From Chrysomallon squamiferum (lineage: Eukaryota > Animalia > Mollusca), in assembly GCA_012295275.1 (NCBI GenBank), contig CM022670.1:36890001-36954000 (forward strand): a DNA stretch of 64,000 nt, given 5' to 3'. This document shows, piece by piece, positions 1-12,383 of the stretch. Below the pieces are notes generated by a model. That model saw nothing but the letters and a program-made list of their open reading frames with translations. It had not been told where the DNA came from and did not search any database. Made by a program: the position numbers and the translations under genes. Every line of letters starts with the position of its first letter. Positions within the stretch are counted from its first letter, which is position 1.

Positions 1-639
1 GAGGATTTACCTGGCCAAAAAAAAAAAAGAAAGCAGAAGACTTTTCAGAAATCACCACTGATGGAATAGAGTGTAGTTCTGCTGATTTCGTGAGGATTCT
101 CGTCATTTTACAGGCAGCTCAAAGAACTGGACACACGGTGAAGTACTTTGAGTCCAGGGATCTCAGTTTTCAGTGTTTCTGATCTACCCGTGGTCGTAAC
201 AGTGGGTCCGGATCCGTGGAAAATAATGTGACTGTTTAGTATAATAATATTTCAGTGTTTAAAACTACTATATGGAAAGTAAAAAAACAAAACAAACACA
301 AACACAAAAAAACAAAAACAAATTCTCATTAGGAGATGTGCAAAACTGGATTAAGATGTTAGAATTTTAGCTACATCAGAAAACGAGTTATATATCTTTA
401 AACAACGTTTATCAAAAAATAAACCAAACGAAAAGGAATCATAAACCAAAATAACAAAAAAAACAAAAAACATAATGTTTGGTTAACGTGGATTTTTTTT
501 TTTGGTGTATGTGAAGAAAAAAAATGTGAGATGATCGTTGTAATTCGACTGTGGAGTATTTCATGTTCCACTATGACGGATGCTACCCGTAGCTTCCGAG
601 ACACACACACACACTAAATATAAATCTGTATATATCATG

Positions 640-850
640 TGAATGAGAGCGGATGAGCAATCTACCTCGTGAACGCGATACCCTAGCCAACCCGGCGAAC
701 CCCGCCCCGCCCTGCTGTGTTAAGGAAGGCTGGGGGAGGGAAATAAATAGACGATTGTACTTTGTGGAAGTGCTTGTACGAGATGCAGGGAACTTGTAAC
801 CTGACTCTGTGCTGTATGAAACTGGTTAGGAAAAAAAAGGTCGCGGTGCG
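640..850. promoter_or_regulatory. GC-box-containing regulatory island
   Basis: Tandem Sp/KLF-type CCCCGCCCCGCCC at ~700-712 and GGGGGAGGG in otherwise AT-rich DNA. Confidence 0.3.
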
Positions 851-970
851 AGTATTTGTTTAATCTGTTAAACCTGGTAAATAGCTGTGAAGTGATAACA
901 CAAAAAAACAACAACACCACAGGTCTGCGGTTTCATGGGACCAGTTATTTTATTATTTTTATTTTTTTTA

Positions 971-1025
<55 letters not shown>

Positions 1026-1910
1026 TTTTCTGTCGCCGAGTAATGCATGTGTACATTGTGTTTCACAAGATCTCGCATGGAATAGCTCCCATGTCAAGAC
1101 GATTCCGCATGTTGCAGAAGTAAATACAAAAATATATATTATGTTGGTGTATCTTTTTTGTTTGTTTTGTTACTGTTTATTATTTAGCTAATATTTAACA
1201 AAAAAAAATTTACATATTTATAAAAGCATGTTTCCATTGGTTTTACATTACTTACACAAATTATCGTTGTATTTCTTAAAATTTACAGCAGGGAATTGAA
1301 ATTCAATCGAGTGAGAATTAAAACAAGTAAACGTTTAGAATAATAATACTCTTTTAAACGATCTCTTACGTGCAAGTACAAAACACGTGAGTTTAAAATG
1401 AATGAAAATTAAGACATGGGCCTGTGATTGGTGACATGATCTGTCTTTTTTTGAGTTGCCCTTTGAGTATTTTTTTTTGTTTTTTTTTTTTATTTTTTTT
1501 TTTTTTTTTTTTTTTTTTGCATCCCAGCCAACACATAAACAGATTAAAAGTTTTGTCTCTTTTAAAGTACAGTCTTGAAAAGTTCATTAAATTACTCTCG
1601 TCAAAAACACTCGGGGGTTTTCAACATGATAAAAATATCGGTTACTAGAATGACCGCTGAAAAGTGAAATGGGTCATGGTCAGGCAAAAAAGTTGTAATT
1701 GTTTGCATCCTTTTTTGTCCCTCACCTCTTCTGACACCAGTTTTTACTACAGCAAGTTAAAGTTGTAGTTTTACTATTGATAGTTAAAGTTGCTGCAGTC
1801 TGGCTTGAGCGGGTAACATTTTGAATTTTTATTGAAATTTATAAAATTAGTGTGATTAACAATAAACGAACAAATTATTTTACTATTAACAAATGTTAGA
1901 TGTCAAAAGT

Positions 1911-1957
<47 letters not shown>

Positions 1958-1963
1958 TGTATG

Positions 1964-2030
<67 letters not shown>
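1911..2030. repeat. (TTTA)n/(ATT)n compound microsatellite
   Basis: Directly visible. Confidence 0.95.
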
Positions 2031-2033
<3 letters not shown>

Positions 2034-2943
2034 GGTATGTATGTATATAAATAAATAAATTAATAATTATACATACATAAATATAAATATTATATGTATG
2101 TAAGTAAAATTATTTATTTTTTTTTGCGAGATCTGATATTCCGTCGATAAGCATCGATCTTTCATCAGCATCCTTCCTTCCTTAAATAAACCAGTAGAAA
2201 AACAACATTAAAACAGTAAACATCAGAAAGAGCCCGCTGGGAATGATAAATTCTGCAACCATCACTTTTAAGTAATTAAAACAACAACAACAACAACAAC
2301 AAACTAATAACAATAATAACTAATAATAATAATAATAATAACGATATCTTCCAGCCTACTAGAAAATATAATAAACCTCTGCAATGTTATATATATATAT
2401 ATACGATACGAAAACACCTGTTGAAGCATAAATTACATTACTGTAACGAATTCCTTTTGAGACGTTTTAGTAGTATACATATTTAAACGGTGACCGTAAC
2501 ATCATCACGGGATCAAGCTCGTAACCAGTGTTAAGACATTCCAGATCCCGCTGACCTAATTTTGTCAGCAAACAAACTCTTAGTAGGGATTGGTTATCGT
2601 GTTACACGTAATTAGTTCAAGAATTAATAATCCTCGGCAATATTATGTAACCACTGATAGGCAGGAAATTACCGAGAGAAACAGGATCAGTTGCACTGCA
2701 CTCACGTCTACGATGTCGGCCGACGTTGGAACGATCCACAGAGTTTTGCCAAACGACATGCGCAAATTGATTAGTCAGCCCGTTTCGAAAAACTTCAGTC
2801 TTGGCATGGCACCCTTGTCGAGCAGAGATAAAAATGGTATTCATTATGTTTCGGTAGACAAACGTCTGACTCTTGATAATGAAAAGTTTACAGTTATTGC
2901 CAATAGCACTATCTCATTCTGTTCTTTTTCTTCATTTTTTACT

Positions 2944-2979
<36 letters not shown>

Positions 2980-3280
2980 TTTATTTAATATTCTTGCAAG
3001 TCAAATAATTAATAGTTAAATTAAATATTTCAGTCATATGTTGATGATGACAATGATGATGATGACAACAGCAGTAATTATAACACCAATATAAGAATAA
3101 TTATAGTAGCAGTAATATGTCAAAAAAAAAAAAAAAAAAAGAGAGAGAGAGAAAGAAATAATCAAAATACGTAATATTAAGATTAAAAATATAATAATAC
3201 TTTTTTCTTTTTTTTTAAATTAAATATTAAAATACGAACCTTCGTTCATTAAATTATATTCAATTACATTCTAGCATAAA

Positions 3281-3334
<54 letters not shown>

Positions 3335-3699
3335 AGTAATAACCTCTGATAAATATTAATACAAATAGCTTCAAACGTGCTTCGTGTCAGCTAAACTTAA
3401 TACTTATATTCTAATTGAATTCAGTCGCCACCGTGTAAATTCTGCGCGAAAGTGTTTAAACACAAATTAAAAACTAACATTTTACATGTATGCGCTTTCA
3501 GGGCCGTCATAAATATAAAATAATTACAAGGTATACACTTATCATATTTATGGATTTTGAGAAGTATATGAATAAATCTTTGGCTGTTAACGAGACGCTT
3601 GTTAGTGGTCTGAACTGAGTTTGAGGTGTCAAGTTGTTATTTACGATAATCACTTTAATATTAATTTCTCACTGCACTGTTCATATTTTAAGCAGTTAT

Positions 3700-4060
3700 C
3701 TGAATTTGTATGTGTTCGTGAATGTGTGTGTATGTATGAACGTATGTTTGTGTATGTGTATATGTTCGCATGCATGTATGTATGTATGTATGCATGCATG
3801 TATTATGTGCGTGTTTCAATATGTTGGTATGTATGCAAGCATAAACATCTATCTATATGTATGTAAATTTGTTTGAGAGTAGGTACATACATATGTATAT
3901 ATACAAACATGCACAATCACAGACATACATACATACATACATACATACATACATACATACATACATACATACATACATACATACATACATGCATGCATGC
4001 ATACATACACACACGCGCGCACATACATACGTACATACGAACATACATTCATGCACATAC
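3700..4060. repeat. (TATG)n/(CATA)n microsatellite region, pure (ACAT)n at 3923-3990
   Basis: Directly visible. Confidence 0.9.
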
Positions 4061-4140
4061 AAATAAAGTGATTTTTGCAGATGCTTTCAAAAAACGTTCA
4101 CATACGTGTGTGTAAAAACTGTCACGTGTAGGTGTACTGC

Positions 4141-4546
4141 AAAAATACTGAAGTGTTCCTGTGTGTGTGTAAAAATGCTGAAGTGTTTCTGTGTGTACGT
4201 AAAAATGCTGAAGTGTTCCTGTGTGTGTGTAAAAATGCTGAAGTGTTCCTGTGTGTGTGTAAAAATGCTGAAGTGTTCCTGTGTGTACGTAAAAATGCTG
4301 AAGTGTTCCTGTGTGTACGTAAAAATGCTGAAGTGTTCCTGTGTGTGTGTAAAAATGCTGAAGTGTTCCTGTGTGTGTGTAAAAATGCTGAAGTGTTCCT
4401 GTGTGTATGTAAAAATGCTGAAGTGTTCCTGTGTGTATGTAAAAATGCTGAAGTGTTCCTGTGTGTGTGTAAAAATGCTGAAGTGTTCCTGTGTGTGTGT
4501 AAAAATGCTGAAGTGTTCCTGTGTGTACTGCAAAAATGCTGAGGTG
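4141..4546. repeat. 30-bp minisatellite, 13 full units (AAAAATGCTGAAGTGTTCCTGTGTGT[GT/AC/AT]GT) plus degenerate flanking units
   Basis: Units start every 30 nt from 4141 to 4501; directly visible. Confidence 0.97.
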
Positions 4547-4566
4547 TTGTTAAACTGCCCGACCGG

Positions 4567-4576
4567 GTCACGTGAC
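4567..4576. promoter_or_regulatory. Palindromic extended E-box GTCACGTGAC (CLEAR/USF/MiT-TFE consensus)
   Basis: Exact 10-bp consensus directly after the 30-bp minisatellite. Confidence 0.35.
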
Positions 4577-7500
4577 GTGGCCGACAATGAAGAGGTTTCC
4601 GTCGCCTCACGTTACATTCCGTGTCACATGTAGGACGACAGTGAATGGAATTTTATGTAAATCTCAGCTCCGGCCTCACCCCTCTTCTAAATAATCGACT
4701 GTACAAAATGGACGCTGTATTTATTTAAACAGTCTCTCTTGAACAACTGTTCTCTTTTTTTTTTTCTTTTTTTTTCTCGCTATTATAAAATGACATCTTC
4801 AGTACTATTAAGAAATCATATACTGCTGTATGGTTTTTTTGATATTACTGTAGATAGTAATATATAGTAATAATTTAAAAAAAATAAATTAAATAAATAA
4901 AAAAAAAAAAAAAAAAAAAAAAAAATAAATAAATAAATCTAGTTGAAGGTAATTCAGTTTTGAAACAAAAATTATTTATAAGCAAAATTATTTAAAATTT
5001 CATTTTGTTTTAAATAGTCGCAGTTTAAACTCTTCTCCTGTCACTCACTTTCAGTGCAATAGGACCTAAACGTGCACACAGCTTGTCTCATTGCAGATAT
5101 GAGCTAAAAACGTAATATTTATATTACTAAAATAGATATTTTAAAAATTGTTTGTGATTATGTAAAGAGAGAAAAATATGTTTATTATCTTTCCTGATAA
5201 TATGCACACGAAACTAAAAAAGTAATATATATATTTTTTTTTTTAATTTCTAACTTTCTTCTGTCATGCTGAAATTATAAGAGTTCGGTTCATTATCTTT
5301 TGTCGCTGAGTATATTGTGCACTAACTCCAAACAGTTCAAAGTTGTGTGACAGTGCGCATTATAAAACAAATATCAAAAGAGAAATATAAAAAAAAAAAA
5401 AAAAAAAATTACAATTATTTTTACGAAAAAATTCACCAACGTAAAAAGCTATGACCATATTTCAGTTTTTAAAGGATCTCTGTCGAAGAGGTATTCCAGG
5501 AAGGGGGATCCGTTACGAAATACGCGTGTCTGTCGCGGTGTTTTCTGGATTTATAACTCCTCGACATCCTGTGTTAAAATCGGTCGTCTGCCGAACTCGC
5601 CACTTTCAAGAGAACAATTTGTTTTCATTTCAGCTGTCAAGTTTACATTAAACAAGCGTTTTGCATTCCGAGGTTTGAAGGAGAGACGTGAAACCAACTG
5701 GTAGCAAGGTTCGTCTGCGGTGCGTTTGATCACATGACCTAACGGGCTTGTTTCTCGATAGGCGCGTATTGAGTTATATATTTCTCGTTCTAGATAGCGC
5801 TCGGTATGAATTGATTGTTATTATCGTTATTTTGAATAATATCAAAGTGCCAAAGATATGTGATTTCTTAACTTTTGACTTTTTTTTTTTTTTTTTTATT
5901 TATTTATTTATTTATTTATTCATTCATTTATTTTCGGAATAAAAGTTGTAAAAAAAAATATTTTTTGCTGTCATCTGTGTCATTTTCTTCATTTATTTAG
6001 ATACGAAATGACAGAAAAAAACAGTTGGCTTAAAACATCATATTTAACGAATTTTTTAACGTTAATTTCATAACCGTAACAGCATAAATCCATGTGTGAA
6101 TGCCAAGACAACTATAAAACGATTTAAAAACAACGAAAAGAGAAATACATTTTCTTTGAACAACTATTAACTCGCTGCAAAGTCTGGACCCTGTCTGTCT
6201 GTCTCGCGAAACAGACATTAGTTTGGCCATTGATAGATTTACTAATCAGTTTTATTCGTCCTTTTTTACCTAATTTAATCTTTGATCTGGACATGGATTT
6301 CAGTTACTCTTTGCAATCACATTTATTTCCATATTAACTGCAAGCCTCCGACGTAGGATTTAACACCAGTGTGTTGCTGATTAAAAAAGCCAGGAGATGA
6401 TACGTTTGGCTGTTGAAATTGCTTCTTGTTTCATTGTCTAAAGTAACAGTTCGACAATTTAAGATTCTTGTTTTGCGTGTTCGGAATAATATGGCTTTAT
6501 CATCTTCCTTCTTATTTCATTTATCACGAAGAATTAAATCAACAGACAACAAGACTTTTTTTTTTTTTTTTTTTTTCAATTTTTCTTCATTTTTCTTTTT
6601 CTTTTTTTTTAAAGTCTTCTATCTTGATTTTTTATTTTATTTTTATTTAATTTTTTTTTCTGTTCCTGTATCCTTTTTTTTATTATTATTATTATTACTG
6701 GGGAAAGAGGTCACGGTGTATTGTTTCAAGCACACACACACACAAACAGAACGAGTCTCGGTTTGTTCATCCATTATCACTTGAGGAAAAACGAGGTCAT
6801 GTCACTAATTGGGTTAGCTCAAGCCACGTTTCGTACAGGATGCACTGCACTTGGTCGATTTACAGTAAATTACCTTGTCCAGTTTTCGAATTAACTGGTG
6901 TTCTTCGCCTCGCAAAAGAGATGTCACATTTGCAAATAGAAAATAGTGCTTTAATCCCATTTCGCCGTCGTTTGACAATGGCAGAGTCAATTCTGTTGGT
7001 ATCGATCGGGCGGTGCACCGGAGGAATAAGGCGGGATGACACTGACAGTCAGACTAGACTCGGAGGCGATCTCGGTGATTAACTATCACGCACTCTGGAA
7101 ACCATTTTTCTCCTTCTTTTGCTCCTTTTAGGTTTTTTTTTAGAAATAAAAACATTAATTGTATTCTGAAAACAATAATGCTAAATAGATATGCAGTAAT
7201 ATTTAACGAATAACAACTGCTGTAATGATTAAACTGCAGCTGCTAGGACACAAAATCGTATCTGCTGGGCATTCATTGTTTGTGAAGTGGTTAGCTTTGT
7301 CTCACTTAATAATGGAAATATTAAAAAAAAAATTAATAATAATAATAATATAAAAAAAAAAAAAATAAAATAAAATTACTAACCAACATGCTTTAATGTT
7401 AATTTAATTTTAATATTTTACATTAACAACGAAACAACTTTTAGCATACATTTCCAAAGCAAATGAAAGCTAAGTTATGTTTGACATAGGTGTGTTTCGA

Positions 7501-8133
7501 AAGCATGCGTACGTGAAATAACTATTAGAGTATCTGATGTGTGTGTGTGTGTGTGCGTTATTATCTACGCGTATTTTATTAACGTGTCTGCATGTGTAGT
7601 TGTCACTGTGGTGGTAAAAACTGAAGACAGAGTCCACAACGTCGGTGTAACGTTGTTTAGCGTACTGACCTTTCCACGTAATTGCTTCAGTCGATGGACC
7701 TAATTGGTTCATACGGCAGAAACGTGTGCGTCGGAAATGCGTAGGAAAACGTCCAAGTTAGTTGACAGTGTAATTGAAATTTATAAGGGTAAAATCCTGT
7801 TTGTCAAACCCTCTCTACCTCGCCCACTGACGTCCTCGGCTCTTTAGCGAGTCGTACGTTCGCGAATAAAATGGATCCAGGCTCGTATGTTTTCTGTATC
7901 TTCTTGTTTGTGTCGTCTGGTTGCTTAACGAAGAAAGAATCACGACCTTACACACAACACTTGGGTGCATAAACGACAGACGGAGACAATGTACAGGAGT
8001 TAAGGTTTTATTTATTTAGGTCCTTTGTTTTAATTTAAGTAACTGACGCCCAAAAGATGTAGAAAAAAATAAAAAATAAAAATATTAGAACAAAATTAGA
8101 GAAAAGATAATCATCATAATCATCATCATCAAA

Positions 8134-8136
<3 letters not shown>

Positions 8137-8204
<68 letters not shown>

Positions 8205-8220
8205 TAACAATAATAATAAC
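8137..8220. repeat. (AAT)n microsatellite
   Basis: Directly visible. Confidence 0.95.
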
Positions 8221-10588
8221 AAGAACGACCACAAACACTGATTTTGTACAGGTTAAAAATAAGATAACACAGAATTATTTATTTTGCCCCCCCAAAAAAG
8301 AAGTGATAGCAGACTTCATCTCATTATCTTCTTGTCTTAGTTGTGTAGTTTAACCAGCGCTTTACGCAAACAAATCAGCAGTTTAACAACGAGAAAAAAA
8401 AAAAAAAAAAAAAACAGTTAACATTAACAACATATATTTTTTTTATTTACCCTTACGTCTTGCAAAGACACTTAATGGACTGATAAGATTTTTATTTTTA
8501 TTTATTTGCGCTGTTTGTACGTAAGAAATGAACACTCGGTCGAGTTATAAAACGGTTAAAAGAAAAATGGGTTAATTAGAAACAGAAAAACCCTGTTTTC
8601 ACCAGTCGCCAGTTCTCGGTAATCCAGCCTATGCGAGTCCAAAATTACTGGTCAGTTTGTGTAATTGTACACCGTTTTACAAAGGCGAATCCAGAAGAAC
8701 GCACCCTTCAGATATTTTTTTTTTTTTTTTTTGTCCCCGATCGATGTTTGTTTTCTTTGAAATAAAACTCGATTCATTTGGGAAGACATGTTCGCCGCAA
8801 TAAAAGCACCCCCTTCTTCTTTACTTTTTTTTTTTTGTTTTTTTTTTTACTTCTGAAATCAAGGATCTGGCCTTAAGTTTCCGAACAATCTAGGTAACCG
8901 ATTAAGATTCTATCTGATTTTATGCTGGAACGTAACTCGAGTCATGGTTTGAATCTGTTGGTAGAGAAAGTTAATTACAAGCGACCACGTTCAAAGACAC
9001 CATTTTACAACAGTCAGATTACAATAAAGTAATACGATTAGATATGATGCAAAATCTTCTAAGTCAAAGATATATATATATATATATATATTTATAATGC
9101 ATTATTAATTTATAGGGGAAGGTATAAAGTAATATATAAATATATATATATTTCATGGATGATTTAACATGTTTCGAGTTCTACGTTTAGAAAGAGAAAT
9201 TTAAAAAACAAATTTAGTTTAATTTCATATTTGAGGATATAATGATAAAGATTATAATAATATTATTATCATTAATATTAAATTAATAATAATAATAATA
9301 ATAACAACAACAACAACAACAACAAAAGTAGTAATAATAATAATAATAAATCTTAAAATATTCATTCTAAAATATAAAGAAATTTCTTGCATAAGTAAGA
9401 ACTGAAAGCACGTCCACAATTTTATAAAACTAAAATTAAAGATCTGAGGAGAAAACCCTCCCCGAAAAAAAACCCCCAAAAAACCCAAAAACAAACAAAA
9501 AAACCCAGCAAACAACAAACAAAACAAAACAAAATCGTGCATAATTCTCTGAAGTTCAGGCCCCTTTTTTGATCCACTGCATGTGGTTGGGTTTGGGTAA
9601 TTTTTACAACAACGCTTTTTCTCCCCCTCGCGTCGATCCACTTTTTAGAACCATGCTTTTTATTATTTGTCAAGACTGCCGAGAAGAATTTCAGCGCTGG
9701 TATCTCTCGCTCGCTCGCTCGTCTCTTATTTGTCGAGCTGACTACAAATGATTGGGAACGAGTAGACGGCAATCTCATTTCGCGCGGATGATATTTAATT
9801 GAAAGGCAACAAGATTTATAGGATAAATCAATCATTAATGCATGGTCATGCATTGTAAATACAGCTGAGGAAATCAAACGGCGCGCTGGTCAGTGAATAG
9901 CTGTTAGTATTTGCACTGGAAGCTTCTTGCCAAGCAGACGACTTCCGGAAAGAGCGGCGTTTAGGAACAATCTCAGCGTAATAAGAAAGGACTAAACCTA
10001 ATAAAGGATACAATGTTCTTGTGTAAGTGTGTGTGTGTTTATATACACACGTAGATAAACACGTACATAGATACATACTTACATAGACTCAAACACTCAC
10101 ACACACATACATAAATATATAGGTATACTTACATACATTCATATATTCACACAGTACACACACATACCTATATTAACATGCATACATAATACAAATATAC
10201 ATACTGATAGATAAAATACAAATATACATACATATATATACATGTTACATTTTTTGGAAATTGCATCTAATAATACATACAAACATACTATCTATTGATG
10301 TAATGATTTTCAGTTTTATTTACAAAAAACGAAACAAAAAAAACTCCAAAGAATTCTGTGAACAACAACCACTGATGGTAAGTTTTATGTATAAAATGAT
10401 AATGAAACTATAAACTTTTGTCTTGGTCTCACATTACCACATTTGAAACAAAATAAGTATTAAATCCAATTTAATAATTTTTTATTTATTTATTTATTTA
10501 TTTTTGAAAGTTTTTTTTTTTCGTTTTTAATTCTTTGATTTAATCAAATAATACTCCACTGCCTCCTCCATTTTTCTTTCACTTTAGA

Positions 10589-10636
<48 letters not shown>

Positions 10637-11023
10637 AAAAAAAAAAAGTAAATAAAAAAAATTCCGTGAGATCGTAATTTTGAAGAAATCCAGAAACAGC
10701 TGTCAGATACGGTGTTTTGAGAATTTCATTTTGGAATAGACGCTGATAACATCGCTTTTAGACTCCTGTAAATTTGAGAAAAGTGTTGGAAACCTCGGCC
10801 TGTTTGCACTTATCGCATATACAACATAATGCTTGTAATATTTGTCGTTATAAAACGTGCAACAAGTGACGCAAAAGTACACTTGGAAACACACTAATTC
10901 TTAACTTTAAGATTACGCTGCTGTTTTGCCAAACGGTCTGCAGTTCTTTGTGTATCATTGTGAAGAAACAGTAATTAATGATTGCTTTGCCCCATCCCCC
11001 TTTCTTGTTCAAAATATTTAAAA

Positions 11024-11098
<75 letters not shown>
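11024..11098. repeat. (GATA)n microsatellite
   Basis: Directly visible. Confidence 0.95.
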
Positions 11099-11101
<3 letters not shown>

Positions 11102-12302
11102 TCTATAAAGCTGAAATATAAATGAATGCAATGTTAATTGATTAACAGCAAGTGTTAAGAAATTATTTAAATTTTTACCTATGAGTTAATAATAGTCGAA
11201 ATAATTAATTATCCTCTCAGTTTATTTGTGAATTACTTGTACGTATCTGAATCTTAGGAGATTTATGTGATCCCATAATATAATTATTCATATATTTACT
11301 ACTACAACCTCCATTATTACTACTTCAGTTTAGTTACTACGATTGCTACTGCTACTGCTAATAATGACGTTGACGTTGATGATGATGATGAATATTGTAG
11401 AAACAAAATTTCAACATCTGACATCATTAATGTATAAAAAGCAAATCTGCTATTTTTGAAACGAGAGTGGTGTCATCATAATTATTGGTACGTTTAACTT
11501 TTAAGATAAAAAAAAAAAAAAAAAAAAATGTTAATATTTATATTATATATGGCTGGTGCAGATTAGGTTAATGACATATGCCAAAAACACATTTTCTGTA
11601 TAAATAACGACGAAGAAAAAAACAAAATTATACAACAAAATAAAAAAAAATAAAAAAATACGAAAATTAAATATTTTGTTGACAAATAGCTTTATATTCA
11701 TTCATTATTCATCGTATTGACATAAATCGATATATTTCACTTTCGATTTCCGTACAAAACCAATCTGAAATTCATCTATAAACATGATCCCGTTTAACGT
11801 GGTTTTTGCTGAAACCGCAACCCGTAATTAAAAGATCGGAGTATCAAGATAGACCCGCTCGCTCGCTTCTTGTCAAAAATCAGTTAGAGAGCGCTGCTCG
11901 CCAGGCTGAATGACTTCACTTCCGTTCCGCAGAGGCGGCTCGGCGTGTTGCAAACCAGTCGTAAAAATTAAGATACCAGTCATTAGCTAAAGCCTAAACA
12001 AGATTACAGACAGTCACCCTGTGGCAGTGTTCTGTTTGTTATGTTAATCTAATTATCAACATCTTATCTTAAACTGACAACGTTAGCGCGCTTCATTGTA
12101 AATCGAAACGTTTGAGACGATGGGGAAATGTTTTTTTTTTTTTTTTTTTTCGAATGGAATTTTTAATTATCCTGTTTTAATAATGTCATGCAAGTTTATC
12201 TATACCAGGTGTTCTTCAGCACAATTAACGTTTCCGGATCTATCTCTTCTTTAACCCCCTTTATTTTTCTTATCAGCGTTTTTTTTTTTTTTTTTTTCAT
12301 CG

Positions 12303-12305
<3 letters not shown>

Positions 12306-12379
<74 letters not shown>
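12306..12379. repeat. (CT)n microsatellite
   Basis: Directly visible. Confidence 0.95.

Positions 12380-12383
<4 letters not shown>

Noticed and set aside
2590-2988. 132-aa plus-strand ORF
   Set aside because: TTG start, poly-F tail, no recognisable domain or convincing splice sites.
4087-4633. 136-175 aa ORFs in four frames, and a superficially CRISPR-like periodicity
   Set aside because: They arise from a stop-free 30-bp tandem repeat. There are no unique spacers or cas genes, and the context is eukaryotic.
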